Part shown: piece by piece, positions 14,969 to 22,890 of the stretch
Numbering within the stretch: position 1 is the first letter of the stretch
Layout: every line of letters begins with the position of its first letter
Source of the DNA: Candidatus Saccharimonadota bacterium
GTDB taxonomy: Bacteria; Patescibacteriota; Gracilibacteria; UBA1369; 2-02-FULL-48-14
Length of the DNA: 32,000 bases
NCBI GenBank assembly: GCA_041661045.1
Contig: JBAZVE010000001.1
Coordinates: 30,001-62,000, forward strand
Direction of reading: 5' to 3'
The notes under the pieces: generated by a model
What the model was told of the DNA's origin: nothing
What the model saw: only the letters and a program-made list of their open reading frames with translations
The model's database searches: none
Translations under genes and position numbers: made by a program

Positions 14969-15348
14969 AATACTTGAGCGTTCAAGATCTGATCTATATC
15001 AACCAAGCTGTGGTGGATGCATCTGGTGGCACTATTGGCGTGCGTGATGTGGGCCTAATAGACTCCGCAGTGAATAGGCCACGCGCCACTTTTGGAGACG
15101 ATGACTTGTATCCAAGCTTATTTGATAAAGCTGCTGCACTTTTTCATTCAGTAATTTTCAACCATGCTTTCTTAGATGGGAACAAAAGAACGGCCGTTGC
15201 TTCAGCTGCCCAACTTTTATACCTCAATGGATTTGAGCTTATCACCAGCGAAAAAGAACTTGAATCTTTTACCATGAAAATCGTTGACGAAAGATTGGGG
15301 TTGGATGAAATTGCAAAGTGGCTAGAAAAATATTCTATTGAATGTTAG
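14965..15348 (+). CDS. doc: Doc (death-on-curing) Fic-fold toxin
   Basis: The Fic/Doc active-site motif HAFLDGNKRTA is present. 127 aa, typical Doc length. Confidence 0.9.
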   Translation: MKYLSVQDLIYINQAVVDASGGTIGVRDVGLIDSAVNRPRATFGDDDLYPSLFDKAAALFHSVIFNHAFLDGNKRTAVASAAQLLYLNGFELITSEKELESFTMKIVDERLGLDEIAKWLEKYSIEC

Positions 15349-15382
15349 ACCATCAACTTATTTTTTAGTGGTTATTCGAGTG
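15348..15382. repeat. junction repeat R8
   Basis: gaccatcaacttattttttagtggttattcgagtg. The ~100 nt that follow are conserved with 10179-10274. Confidence 0.65.
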
Positions 15383-15428
15383 AAAATTTGGACTGAGGAC
15401 TAATGTAGACAGGAGTATGGCGCTTTGG

Positions 15429-15457
15429 TTGACATGGCTTACCATATGTAGTATTGT
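15429..15457 (+). promoter_or_regulatory. cassette-internal promoter (paralog of 10225-10253)
   Basis: TTGACA (15429-15434), a 17-nt spacer, then TATTGT (15452-15457). Confidence 0.55.
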
Positions 15458-15478
15458 ATGCCACTGTAACAGATCAAT

Positions 15479-16102
15479 ATGCCTATATCATCAAAAGCTG
15501 AAGAGGGCGTCGACTATAAACTAGGGTTTCCTGAAGATTTATCCATTAAAGAGCTCATCCCGTTGGTAGATTCTTGGACAGAGGCTCTTCGTGAGGCATT
15601 GGTATCTTTAGGTCACAATCCCTTCACTGGATCACGAGAGCAAAGCCCTGAGTATCCTGATCACTTTGAAGGAAGAACTGTTTTGCCAGATGGTAAAACA
15701 ATAAGTGCCTATCTTGTGAGCCATTCAAAGTTCCATGATGCTGAACGGGTGGCGCGTGACCGCTTGGAACTCAGTATAACTCCAGCAAGAGAAGACCAGT
15801 ATGGCATCTTCACTGTTTCGAGGGGTGAAAGGCTTAGATTACATGAGGTTCGAATCCTCTTGGGTAAACCAAGCCGTCCCACTAAATGGATGCCCTCTGT
15901 CTTTCTTGGGCTTATAAGGAATCGTAGTGATTATGAGGAGGAAACAGCTTATCTTCAGTATGCTCGTGCGCTAAAACAAATCTTAGATCTGCATTTCCAA
16001 AGTTCCCTCGAAAGATCAGAAGGAGCCTCTACAGAAGTGACAACGGCGGACATTACGCTGGGTCTTTTAGAAGCTTCAGAAGTTGGAGTGGGGGAAAAAT
16101 AA
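15479..16102 (+). CDS. hypothetical protein (207 aa), cassette 9; paralog of 10275-10910
   Basis: MPISSKAEEGVDYKLGFPEDL... is collinear with the 211-aa paralog. Confidence 0.7.
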   Translation: MPISSKAEEGVDYKLGFPEDLSIKELIPLVDSWTEALREALVSLGHNPFTGSREQSPEYPDHFEGRTVLPDGKTISAYLVSHSKFHDAERVARDRLELSITPAREDQYGIFTVSRGERLRLHEVRILLGKPSRPTKWMPSVFLGLIRNRSDYEEETAYLQYARALKQILDLHFQSSLERSEGASTEVTTADITLGLLEASEVGVGEK

Positions 16103-16115
16103 GTAGCCTGAAATT

Positions 16116-16157
16116 TGGCCACACCAGTCCGTGACTTATTTTTTGGTGGTTATCAAG
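16116..16157. repeat. junction repeat R9
   Basis: tggccacaccagtccgtgacttattttttggtggttatcaag. Confidence 0.75.
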
Positions 16158-16172
16158 ACAAGCATTTAGTTT

Positions 16173-17486
16173 TCAAGTGTCAAAATTGATCACCGTAGAT
16201 GTTAACCAATTTGGATCATAAATATCCTTGACTAAGGCCATGTGTGAATTATCCGCTTGTGACCAAATATCCTCTAAAAAATCTATAAATTTAGTGATGT
16301 TTCTTTTGGAAAAGATATTTGTATTAAACTTTTCTTTCTCTGATTTTAATGGCTCACGCCCAAACAAGTTATCATTCTCTTTATCGGTAAAGACTGCGTC
16401 ACAATAAGGTAAAAAGGTCGATAAAGATTCAGAATCACTTATCATACCTCTGCTTGGATTGTTCCCACCCTCCTTGAGTTTTCTTGCCAAAGATGCAAAA
16501 TATGTGGCTGAGAGCCTAACACAGGGAACATTCAATATGGTCTTGGAATTAAGGCAATCCATTATTGTTGAAAGGATTTTGTCCTCACCTATCGAATGTG
16601 CATTTGCAATTTTGTATAACTTTTCAAATAGGTCTACAGCTGGTGGTTTCGACATTTTTTCTAAGGCCTTACCTTCCATTAATTTTTTTATGTACTTTAC
16701 ATATCGACCGAACCACCTTAACTTTTCTTTACCAAAATCTTGCGCCTCCTCCCACACTAAATCATCAAAACTTTTTTTATCCTCCCTCCACCTATCATAA
16801 ACATGATCTGTTAAATTTGTGTGTGAATCATCGCGTACTTTTCTCACTGATGACACTCCTTCTTCAGTTAGAGGAAAATCCAAGCGAAAGTCGTCTGTTG
16901 CTTTTGCTCTGAAATACCAACAATTTGGATCCATATCAAAACAGTCCTGCTCATTTAGAAATATCGTTGCATCCTGTTCTCCCTTAAGATAATTTTCAAA
17001 ATGTTTGGCTACTTGTGCATCTTGAACAAGGTTGTGATGCTTAAAAGCAACTTTATTCGCCAGTATTTTTTGAAAAAACTGTAAGTCATTAAATTCTGCT
17101 GCCGTTATTGATTCTTCAATATGAATATCTGAATAAGGACAAATAATCAGATTGTATTTAATAAGCTTAAGCAGTTTTTCAAAAACTTGCATCCAATACT
17201 TATCTTCCATGGCTTTTTTATGTTTTTTACTTTTTGGATTAGCTACAAACATCAAATTGCTCAAAACAAACTGATCAAGGTATATAATTTTCTTTTTTAT
17301 TTCGGGTAACTTACTTTGTTCGTGGAACCGACAGTTTGCACACAATCTAATTAAAACACTTATTCGGGTGTCTGGAAGTGGCATGACCGAAAATACGCCA
17401 TATTTATTACCTTTACATTTTGGGCATAGCTTGAATGGACTCGATAAATGGTCATGAATATCCATATCGCTAGAGTTTTGCGTCAC
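16173..17486 (-). CDS. hypothetical protein with N-terminal C4 zinc ribbon (437 aa), cassette 10 (next to the tRNA)
   Basis: CPKCKGNKYG...CANCRF at the N-terminus. GTG start as listed; ATG alternative at 17463-17465. The rest is unrecognised (IYLDQFVLSNL...ICPYSDIHIEESI). Confidence 0.65.
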   Translation of the reverse strand: MTQNSSDMDIHDHLSSPFKLCPKCKGNKYGVFSVMPLPDTRISVLIRLCANCRFHEQSKLPEIKKKIIYLDQFVLSNLMFVANPKSKKHKKAMEDKYWMQVFEKLLKLIKYNLIICPYSDIHIEESITAAEFNDLQFFQKILANKVAFKHHNLVQDAQVAKHFENYLKGEQDATIFLNEQDCFDMDPNCWYFRAKATDDFRLDFPLTEEGVSSVRKVRDDSHTNLTDHVYDRWREDKKSFDDLVWEEAQDFGKEKLRWFGRYVKYIKKLMEGKALEKMSKPPAVDLFEKLYKIANAHSIGEDKILSTIMDCLNSKTILNVPCVRLSATYFASLARKLKEGGNNPSRGMISDSESLSTFLPYCDAVFTDKENDNLFGREPLKSEKEKFNTNIFSKRNITKFIDFLEDIWSQADNSHMALVKDIYDPNWLTSTVINFDT

Positions 17487-17527
17487 TTTGATAGATTCTT
17501 ACCAGCAAACTCCCCCAACTTTTCCGT

Positions 17528-17565
17528 ACTTTCTCGAACTATTAAAAATTTAATAGTGGTGGGCC
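17528..17565. repeat. tRNA-proximal sequence resembling the junction repeat (candidate att site)
   Basis: actttctcgaactattaaaaatttaatagtggtgggcc compared with R6 agttcctcgacttatttttttggcgg. Both share a TTYCTCGA(A)CTnATT block, an A/T run and TGGYGG. Confidence 0.55.
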
Positions 17566-17633
17566 CGGCTGGACTTGAACCAGCGACCAAGAAGTTATGA
17601 GCCTCCTGCTCTAACCAACTGAGCTACGGGCCC
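17557..17633 (-). tRNA. tRNA with CAU anticodon, probably tRNA-Ile2 (lysidine type) rather than elongator Met; CCA encoded
   Basis: Reverse complement GGGCCCGTAGCTCAGTTGGTTAGAGCAGGAGGCTCATAACTTCTTGGTCGCTGGTTCAAGTCCAGCCGGGCCCACCA. The G1:C72 pair excludes an initiator. C4/C5 in the acceptor stem and the TGGTCGCTGGTTCAAGTCCAGC arm closely resemble E. coli ileX as I recall it. Confidence 0.85.
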
Positions 17634-17775
17634 GTAATGAGGTGAGGAAGAGTTTACTCTTCCGAAAGTGAATGGAGGGCTTTGTAGACCCCGAAGGGTG
17701 CTACGGGCCCGACATGTAAAAGGACAAAGCTAAAAGGCGCCCTCAATCTAAAGAAAAGCGTGGATTTTGGCAAAC

Positions 17776-18009
17776 TTATTGTTGGGGCTTAGTCCACACT
17801 TGTACTGCTTCCTCTTCTGCTTCGGTTGGGCGCACTTCACAATTGGGAAGCGCTTCGTGAGACCTGTCGACGAGCACAACAAGACTACCAAAACCTTTTT
17901 GCTCTGCCCATACTGTCATGTCCTCCGTCTGTCCGTCTAAGCATTGTCCAGGCCGAAGAAATAAGGGCATTCCTCTCCCTTCCGTTCTTGGTTCTTCTGG
18001 TTTATCCAT
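17776..18009 (-). CDS. possible small hypothetical protein (77 aa)
   Basis: Only an ORF in an otherwise empty 0.5-kb gap. A + strand ORF (17826-18110) overlaps it, and nothing discriminates between the two. Confidence 0.3.
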   Translation of the reverse strand: MDKPEEPRTEGRGMPLFLRPGQCLDGQTEDMTVWAEQKGFGSLVVLVDRSHEALPNCEVRPTEAEEEAVQVWTKPQQ

Positions 18010-18168
18010 CGTTTAGTAAAGAAGTACGCTCACTATACGCCAAACTGTTCGATAAAATCAAATTGATTTCATGCAAGAGGTGCAGGCGTTCATATGGGTG
18101 GCTCGATTAGACGGCGGCATTGCTTCATGAGGAAGATCCAGGTATGATTTGGGTCCAGATTTCACCCT

Positions 18169-18954
18169 ATGATGCTCTCGATTAAGGATTTGCACATTTC
18201 GGCGGAGGAGAAGGAGATTGTGAAGGGTTTGTCGCTCGATATTCAGGCTGGAGAGATTCATGCGATTATGGGGCCGAATGGGTCCGGAAAGAGCACTTTG
18301 TCGGCGTCCTTGATGGGGCATCCAAAGTATAAAATTACAGATGGGACGGTGAAGTTTGGCGGCAAGGATCTGTTGAAAATGGATCCCAGCCAGCGAGCTG
18401 CAGCGGGTTTGTTTTTGGCCTTTCAGTATCCCAAGGAAATTCCCGGGGTGAAGATGGTTTCGTTTTTGCGGGCTTCGTACAATGCGGTGCATAAAGCGCG
18501 GAATAAAAAATTTGTGGCTATGCCTTTGTACAACTTTAAAAAACTTTTGAAGGAAAAAATGGATTTGGTGGGTTTGAGCAAATCGTTTATGGAACGGAAT
18601 ACCAATGAAGGATTTTCGGGCGGAGAAAAAAAGAAAGCAGAGGTTTTGCAGTTGGCTTTGCTGGAACCCCAATTGGCTATTTTGGATGAGATCGACAGCG
18701 GCCTCGACATTGATGCGCTGAAAACCATTTGTGAAGCGATTCGGAGTGTGAAACAGCCGGGACAAAGTTTGCTTTTGGTGACGCACTACGAACGGTTGCT
18801 CAAATATTTGAAACCGGATCACATTCACATCATGATGGATGGAAAAATTGTGCTTTCTGGCGGGAAGGAATTGGCGGCACGATTGGAAGAAGAGGGTTAT
18901 GATTTTGTTCGCAAAATTCTGAGTGAAAAAAATCCCTTAAAGATTTTAAAATGA
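18169..18954 (+). CDS. sufC: Fe-S cluster assembly ATPase SufC
   Basis: Walker A GPNGSGKST, ABC signature FSGGEKK and Walker B ILDEIDSGLD. ATGA overlap with sufB. Confidence 0.95.
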   Translation: MMLSIKDLHISAEEKEIVKGLSLDIQAGEIHAIMGPNGSGKSTLSASLMGHPKYKITDGTVKFGGKDLLKMDPSQRAAAGLFLAFQYPKEIPGVKMVSFLRASYNAVHKARNKKFVAMPLYNFKKLLKEKMDLVGLSKSFMERNTNEGFSGGEKKKAEVLQLALLEPQLAILDEIDSGLDIDALKTICEAIRSVKQPGQSLLLVTHYERLLKYLKPDHIHIMMDGKIVLSGGKELAARLEEEGYDFVRKILSEKNPLKILK

Positions 18955-20360
18955 CCGCACTCGACTACCTCGCCGAACTCGACCGCAGCGTCTTTGATGA
19001 CCACAACAAACAAGGAGACGCGGGGCGGGCACAAAAAGGCCTTTCGGAGGCCCTGGTTCGAAGAATTTCTGCGGATAAAAAAGAGCCGGAGTGGATGCTG
19101 AAGCACCGTTTGAACAGTTTGAAAAAATGGCATGAGCTGGCCTTGCCTTCGTTTGGCGTGGACCTTTCTCCGATTGATTTTGAAGACATCATTTACTACG
19201 CATCGCCAGGAGAAATGAAGGGCTACGCGAGCAAGTGGGAGGATGTGCCGGAAGACATCAAACGCACTTTTGAACGACTCGGAATTCCGGAGGCGGAACG
19301 CAAAGTTTTGGCGGGAACGGGGGCTCAATACGACAGCGTGAATGCGTATCACAAGCTCAAAGAAGAATGGGAAAGCAAGGGCGTTCTTTTTGAAGACATG
19401 GACATCGCGCTGCAAAAATATCCGGAGCTGGTGAAACAGTATTTTATGAAATTGGTGCCTTCGCACGATCACAAATTTGCGGCGCTGCATGGGGCCGTGT
19501 GGAGTGGTGGAACCTTTTTGTTTATTCCAAAGGGCGTGAAGGTGACGGCGCCGCTGCAGGCGTATTTTCGCATGAATGCCAAGAGCATGGGGCAATTTGA
19601 ACACACTTTGATTATTATTGAAGAGGGCGCGGAAGGTCACTATATAGAGGGGTGCAGTGCCCCAAAGTACGGCTCCACTTCCCTGCACGCGGGCTGTGTG
19701 GAAATTTTTGTGAAGGCGGGAGCGAAATTCCGTTACTCCAGCGTGGAGAATTGGTCTCAGGATACTTACAATTTGAACACCAAACGCGCGGTGGTGGATG
19801 AGGACGCGACCATGGAATGGGTGGGTGGAAATTTGGGCAGCGGCCGCACCATGCTTTACCCTTGCTCCATTTTGCGCGGCCGCGGGTCCCATGCGGATCA
19901 CTTGGGCGTTGCGTTTGCGAATGCCGGACAGGTACAGGATACCGGCGCAAAAGTGATTCACTTGGCGCCCGACACCAGCTCCACCGTTTTGAGTAAAAGC
20001 ATTTGCAAGGGTGGAGGGCGCAATGTCTACCGTGGGCTTTTGCAGGTAAATAAAGGTGCAACTGGAGCGAAATCTCAAGTGCGCTGTGACAGTTTAATTT
20101 TGGATTCGCTTTCCGTGAGTGACACCTATCCCATCATGCGGATCAATGAGGATGATGTGTCTATTGGGCATGAAGCGAGCACTGGAAAAATCAGCGAAGA
20201 CCAGCTCTTTTATTTACAAAGCCGCGGGTTGAGTGAAGATGAAGCCCTAGCCATGATTGTGAATGGTTTTATCGACCCCATCGTGAAAGAACTTCCGCTG
20301 GAATACGCGGTGGAAATGAATCGTTTGATTGAAATGGAAATGGAAAAAGCTATTGGATAA
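18951..20360 (+). CDS. sufB: Fe-S cluster assembly scaffold SufB
   Basis: 469 aa with conserved SufB blocks (GGTFLFIPKGV, FEHTLIIIEEGA, HEASTGKISEDQLFYLQSRGL). Confidence 0.95.
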   Translation: MTALDYLAELDRSVFDDHNKQGDAGRAQKGLSEALVRRISADKKEPEWMLKHRLNSLKKWHELALPSFGVDLSPIDFEDIIYYASPGEMKGYASKWEDVPEDIKRTFERLGIPEAERKVLAGTGAQYDSVNAYHKLKEEWESKGVLFEDMDIALQKYPELVKQYFMKLVPSHDHKFAALHGAVWSGGTFLFIPKGVKVTAPLQAYFRMNAKSMGQFEHTLIIIEEGAEGHYIEGCSAPKYGSTSLHAGCVEIFVKAGAKFRYSSVENWSQDTYNLNTKRAVVDEDATMEWVGGNLGSGRTMLYPCSILRGRGSHADHLGVAFANAGQVQDTGAKVIHLAPDTSSTVLSKSICKGGGRNVYRGLLQVNKGATGAKSQVRCDSLILDSLSVSDTYPIMRINEDDVSIGHEASTGKISEDQLFYLQSRGLSEDEALAMIVNGFIDPIVKELPLEYAVEMNRLIEMEMEKAIG

Positions 20361-20389
20361 CACTCGACGAAGTCGAGCTTAATAAAAAC

Positions 20390-20938
20390 ATGAAATTCAC
20401 TTCTAAACAATTCGTCCTCAAAAATGGGGAGAAGCTGTCCATCCGTGAAGGAAAAAAATCCGATGCATCTGATTTAATTAAATACTTGAATCAAGTGGCT
20501 GGAGAAAGTGATTTTTTAACTTTTACCGAAGGGGAATTTAAGATGACAAAAAAGGGGGAGGAAGCCTTCGTAGAAGAAGCACATAAAGCTGATAACGAAA
20601 TTTTCCTCGTCGCGGAAATTGGCAAAGAAATCGTCGGAGTCTTGAATGTGAATGCTAATTCCAAAAAAAGAATGAAGCACATCGGCACTTTTGGAGTCTC
20701 ACTTAAAAAAGCTCATTGGGGTAAAGGGATTGGGGCTCTTTTTATTCAAACTATGTTGGACTGGGCGAAATCTAACGGAGTGACGCGAAAAATGAATCTT
20801 AGTGTAATGGCCAACAATAAACGTGCCATGAAGTTGTACAAAAAGTTTGGCTTTAAAAAAGAGGGTCTCCTCAAGCGAGATGCTTTGATCAATGGTAAAT
20901 TCTACGATGCTTATTTGATGGGACTTTTAATAGACTAG
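20390..20938 (+). CDS. GNAT-family N-acetyltransferase
   Basis: Acetyl-CoA-binding pattern WGKGIGALFIQTMLDWAK and ...NKRAMKLYKKFGFKKEG. Confidence 0.85.
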   Translation: MKFTSKQFVLKNGEKLSIREGKKSDASDLIKYLNQVAGESDFLTFTEGEFKMTKKGEEAFVEEAHKADNEIFLVAEIGKEIVGVLNVNANSKKRMKHIGTFGVSLKKAHWGKGIGALFIQTMLDWAKSNGVTRKMNLSVMANNKRAMKLYKKFGFKKEGLLKRDALINGKFYDAYLMGLLID

Positions 20939-21694
20939 ATGAAAAAAACTCTCAAAAATCAGGATGTCTATACTCTGCCAGAAGCGGATTCCGTTTCATT
21001 GGTGATTGAAGAGGGTGCAGAGGTGTGGGTGGAATGTGACCGGGCACAGATGGATCAAAAAGTTGCTATTCATTTAAAGTCCGGCGCGCATTTGCGATGG
21101 ATGAGCGCTTATGCCGGGAAATCCGAGAAGACTTTTACCCTGGAGGAAGGTGCCCAGCTCGATTACTTCCACCATATCCTTGGTGAAAGTGAGGAAAGTA
21201 CTACGATTTTTTTGGATGGGGATGAAAGTAGCGTGAGCAGTCAAACGCTTTTCTTTGGCAAAAATACGGACAAGCAAAATCTACGCGTGGACCACATCCA
21301 CAAGGGTAAAAATACACGATCCTTGATGATTTCACGAGGGGCGGTGAAGGACAGTGCTTTTGGCCATTTTTATGGGAATATTAAAATGTTGCCGGGCTGC
21401 AGTGGGGCTGATGCTTCGCTGCAAGAACACAATTTATTGCTGAGCAAGGGAAGTAAAATTGAAGCAGTGCCCGGCCTGGAGATTGCGCACAATGAAGTGC
21501 AAGCTGCACATTCCGCCACGCTCGAAAAAATTGATGAAGAAAAACTTTTCTATTTGCAAAGTCGTGGACTCCAAGCGCAAGAAGGTTTAGAACTTTTGGT
21601 GGAAGGATTTTTTTGGGATGCTCTGCAAAAATGTCCCAACTTGGCCTTTTCTCAGAGAATTTTTAAAAACATTCTTCAATGCCTCTCCAAATAA
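20939..21694 (+). CDS. sufD: SufD-like Fe-S assembly protein (short form, 251 aa)
   Basis: The C-terminal block HSATLEKIDEEKLFYLQSRGL parallels the SufB motif. Position between sufB and sufS. Confidence 0.8.
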   Translation: MKKTLKNQDVYTLPEADSVSLVIEEGAEVWVECDRAQMDQKVAIHLKSGAHLRWMSAYAGKSEKTFTLEEGAQLDYFHHILGESEESTTIFLDGDESSVSSQTLFFGKNTDKQNLRVDHIHKGKNTRSLMISRGAVKDSAFGHFYGNIKMLPGCSGADASLQEHNLLLSKGSKIEAVPGLEIAHNEVQAAHSATLEKIDEEKLFYLQSRGLQAQEGLELLVEGFFWDALQKCPNLAFSQRIFKNILQCLSK

Positions 21695-22890
21695 AAGACC
21701 GCTTCCCCATCTTTCAAAATCATCCGGATTTGGTGTATTTGGACAGTGCTTCCACCACGCAACGCCTGGATGATTCTTTGCTCGCGGAACAAGAATATTA
21801 TTTGGATTTTAATGCCAATGTGCACCGCGGGCTCTACCCCATGGCGGAGATGGCCACGGAGCGCTACGAAGCCGTGCGCACCGTTGCACGAAGATTCTTG
21901 AATGCGGGCAAGGATGGCGAAATACTTTTCACACGAGGCACTACGGAGGGTCTTAATATTGTGGCGCAGTGCTGGGGACGCAAGTTTTTGAAAAAAGGAG
22001 ATGAAGTGGTGCTGAGTGTTTTGGAACACCATTCCAACTTGGTGCCTTGGCAAATGATTGCGAAAGAAGTCGGAGCTGTTTTGAAATTTTGCCCCATTCT
22101 GAGCACGGGGAATTTGGATTACAAAGCCCTTGAAAAATTGATTGGGAAGCGCACCAAAATGGTGAGCATCACCGGGCTTTCCAATACTCTTGGAACGGTT
22201 ATTGACCTTTCCATTGTGAGTCGATTGGCCAAAAAAGTTGGTGCAAAATTATGCATCGATGCAGCTCAACTTGCCGCGCACTTCCCCATTGATGTGCAAG
22301 ACATTGATGCCGACTTCTTGGCTTTTTCAAGCCATAAAATTTACGGACCCACCGGAGCCGGCGTGCTCTACGCCAAACGAGAGCTTTTGGAGGCCATGGA
22401 CCCTTGGCTTGGCGGCGGAGATATGATTCGTGAAGTGCATGAAGAATTTTCGACTTGGAACGATTTACCCTGGAAGTTTGAGGCCGGCACTCCGAACATT
22501 GCGCAGGTGCTGGGCATGGGTGCCGCCATGCAGTTCTTAATGGAACTTGGAAAAAATACTCTCATGAAACACGACCGTGAGATGCAAGAATACACCTTTA
22601 AAAAACTCAATGAACTCCCCTTTATTACGGTCTATGGCCCCAAGGCTTTCGACCAGCATCGCGGCTCTATTTCTTTCACCATGCACGGAGTCCATCCTCA
22701 CGATATTGCGGCCATTTTGGGTGAAGAAGGTATTTGCGTCCGGGCCGGTCACCACTGCACCATGCCGCTCATGAAAGCGCTCTGCCTTGTTTCCACCGTG
22801 CGGGTGAGCTTTGGAATCTATAATACGAAAGAAGATGTGGAGGCCTTAGCGAAGGGTCTTAAAAAAGTAGCGGAGGTTTTTAAACTATAG
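21679..22890 (+). CDS. sufS: cysteine desulfurase SufS (class II aminotransferase V)
   Basis: VYLDSASTTQ at the N-terminus, PLP-lysine context FSSHKIYGPTGAG and active-site RAGHHC. Confidence 0.92.
   Translation: MPLQIKDRFPIFQNHPDLVYLDSASTTQRLDDSLLAEQEYYLDFNANVHRGLYPMAEMATERYEAVRTVARRFLNAGKDGEILFTRGTTEGLNIVAQCWGRKFLKKGDEVVLSVLEHHSNLVPWQMIAKEVGAVLKFCPILSTGNLDYKALEKLIGKRTKMVSITGLSNTLGTVIDLSIVSRLAKKVGAKLCIDAAQLAAHFPIDVQDIDADFLAFSSHKIYGPTGAGVLYAKRELLEAMDPWLGGGDMIREVHEEFSTWNDLPWKFEAGTPNIAQVLGMGAAMQFLMELGKNTLMKHDREMQEYTFKKLNELPFITVYGPKAFDQHRGSISFTMHGVHPHDIAAILGEEGICVRAGHHCTMPLMKALCLVSTVRVSFGIYNTKEDVEALAKGLKKVAEVFKL

Larger units (their letters stand above)
8648..17565 (-). mobile_element. tRNA-anchored gene-cassette array (integron-like; no recombinase in the window)
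   Basis: About 10 units of 0.3-2.1 kb, each bounded by the conserved junction repeat (R0-R9). The array ends at the tRNA(CAU) 3' end and contains copies of that tRNA end. Confidence 0.6.

Noticed and set aside
8991-16157. Canonical integron attC sites or a class 1-type integron.
   Set aside because: I found no RYYYAAC...GTTRRRY core pairs at the junctions, and no intI-like tyrosine recombinase ORF anywhere in the window. I therefore describe the array only as integron-like.
8991-16157. Junction repeats acting as Rho-independent terminators because of the T6-7 run.
   Set aside because: No GC-rich stem directly precedes the T-run on the + strand. For the minus-strand genes that the repeats follow, the run reads as A's. 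The CTGCAC hairpin module is not followed by a T-run on either strand.
8648-17565. Could the regularly recurring repeats be a CRISPR array?
   Set aside because: The intervals between repeats are 0.3-2.1 kb and contain full genes with promoters. The repeats are imperfect and variable in length, and there are no cas genes.
17826-18110. A 94-aa + strand ORF in the tRNA-sufC gap.
   Set aside because: It overlaps the equally unsupported minus-strand ORF at 17776-18009. The product is hydrophobic and low-complexity, and it has no promoter or SD. Only the minus-strand ORF is listed, at low confidence.
18058-20078. Long antisense ORFs of 256 aa (18058-18828) and 393 aa (18897-20078) opposite sufC and sufB.
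   Set aside because: SufC and SufB are unambiguous on the + strand. The antisense products are Arg/His/Phe-rich and motif-free. GC-rich coding regions commonly leave long open antisense frames.
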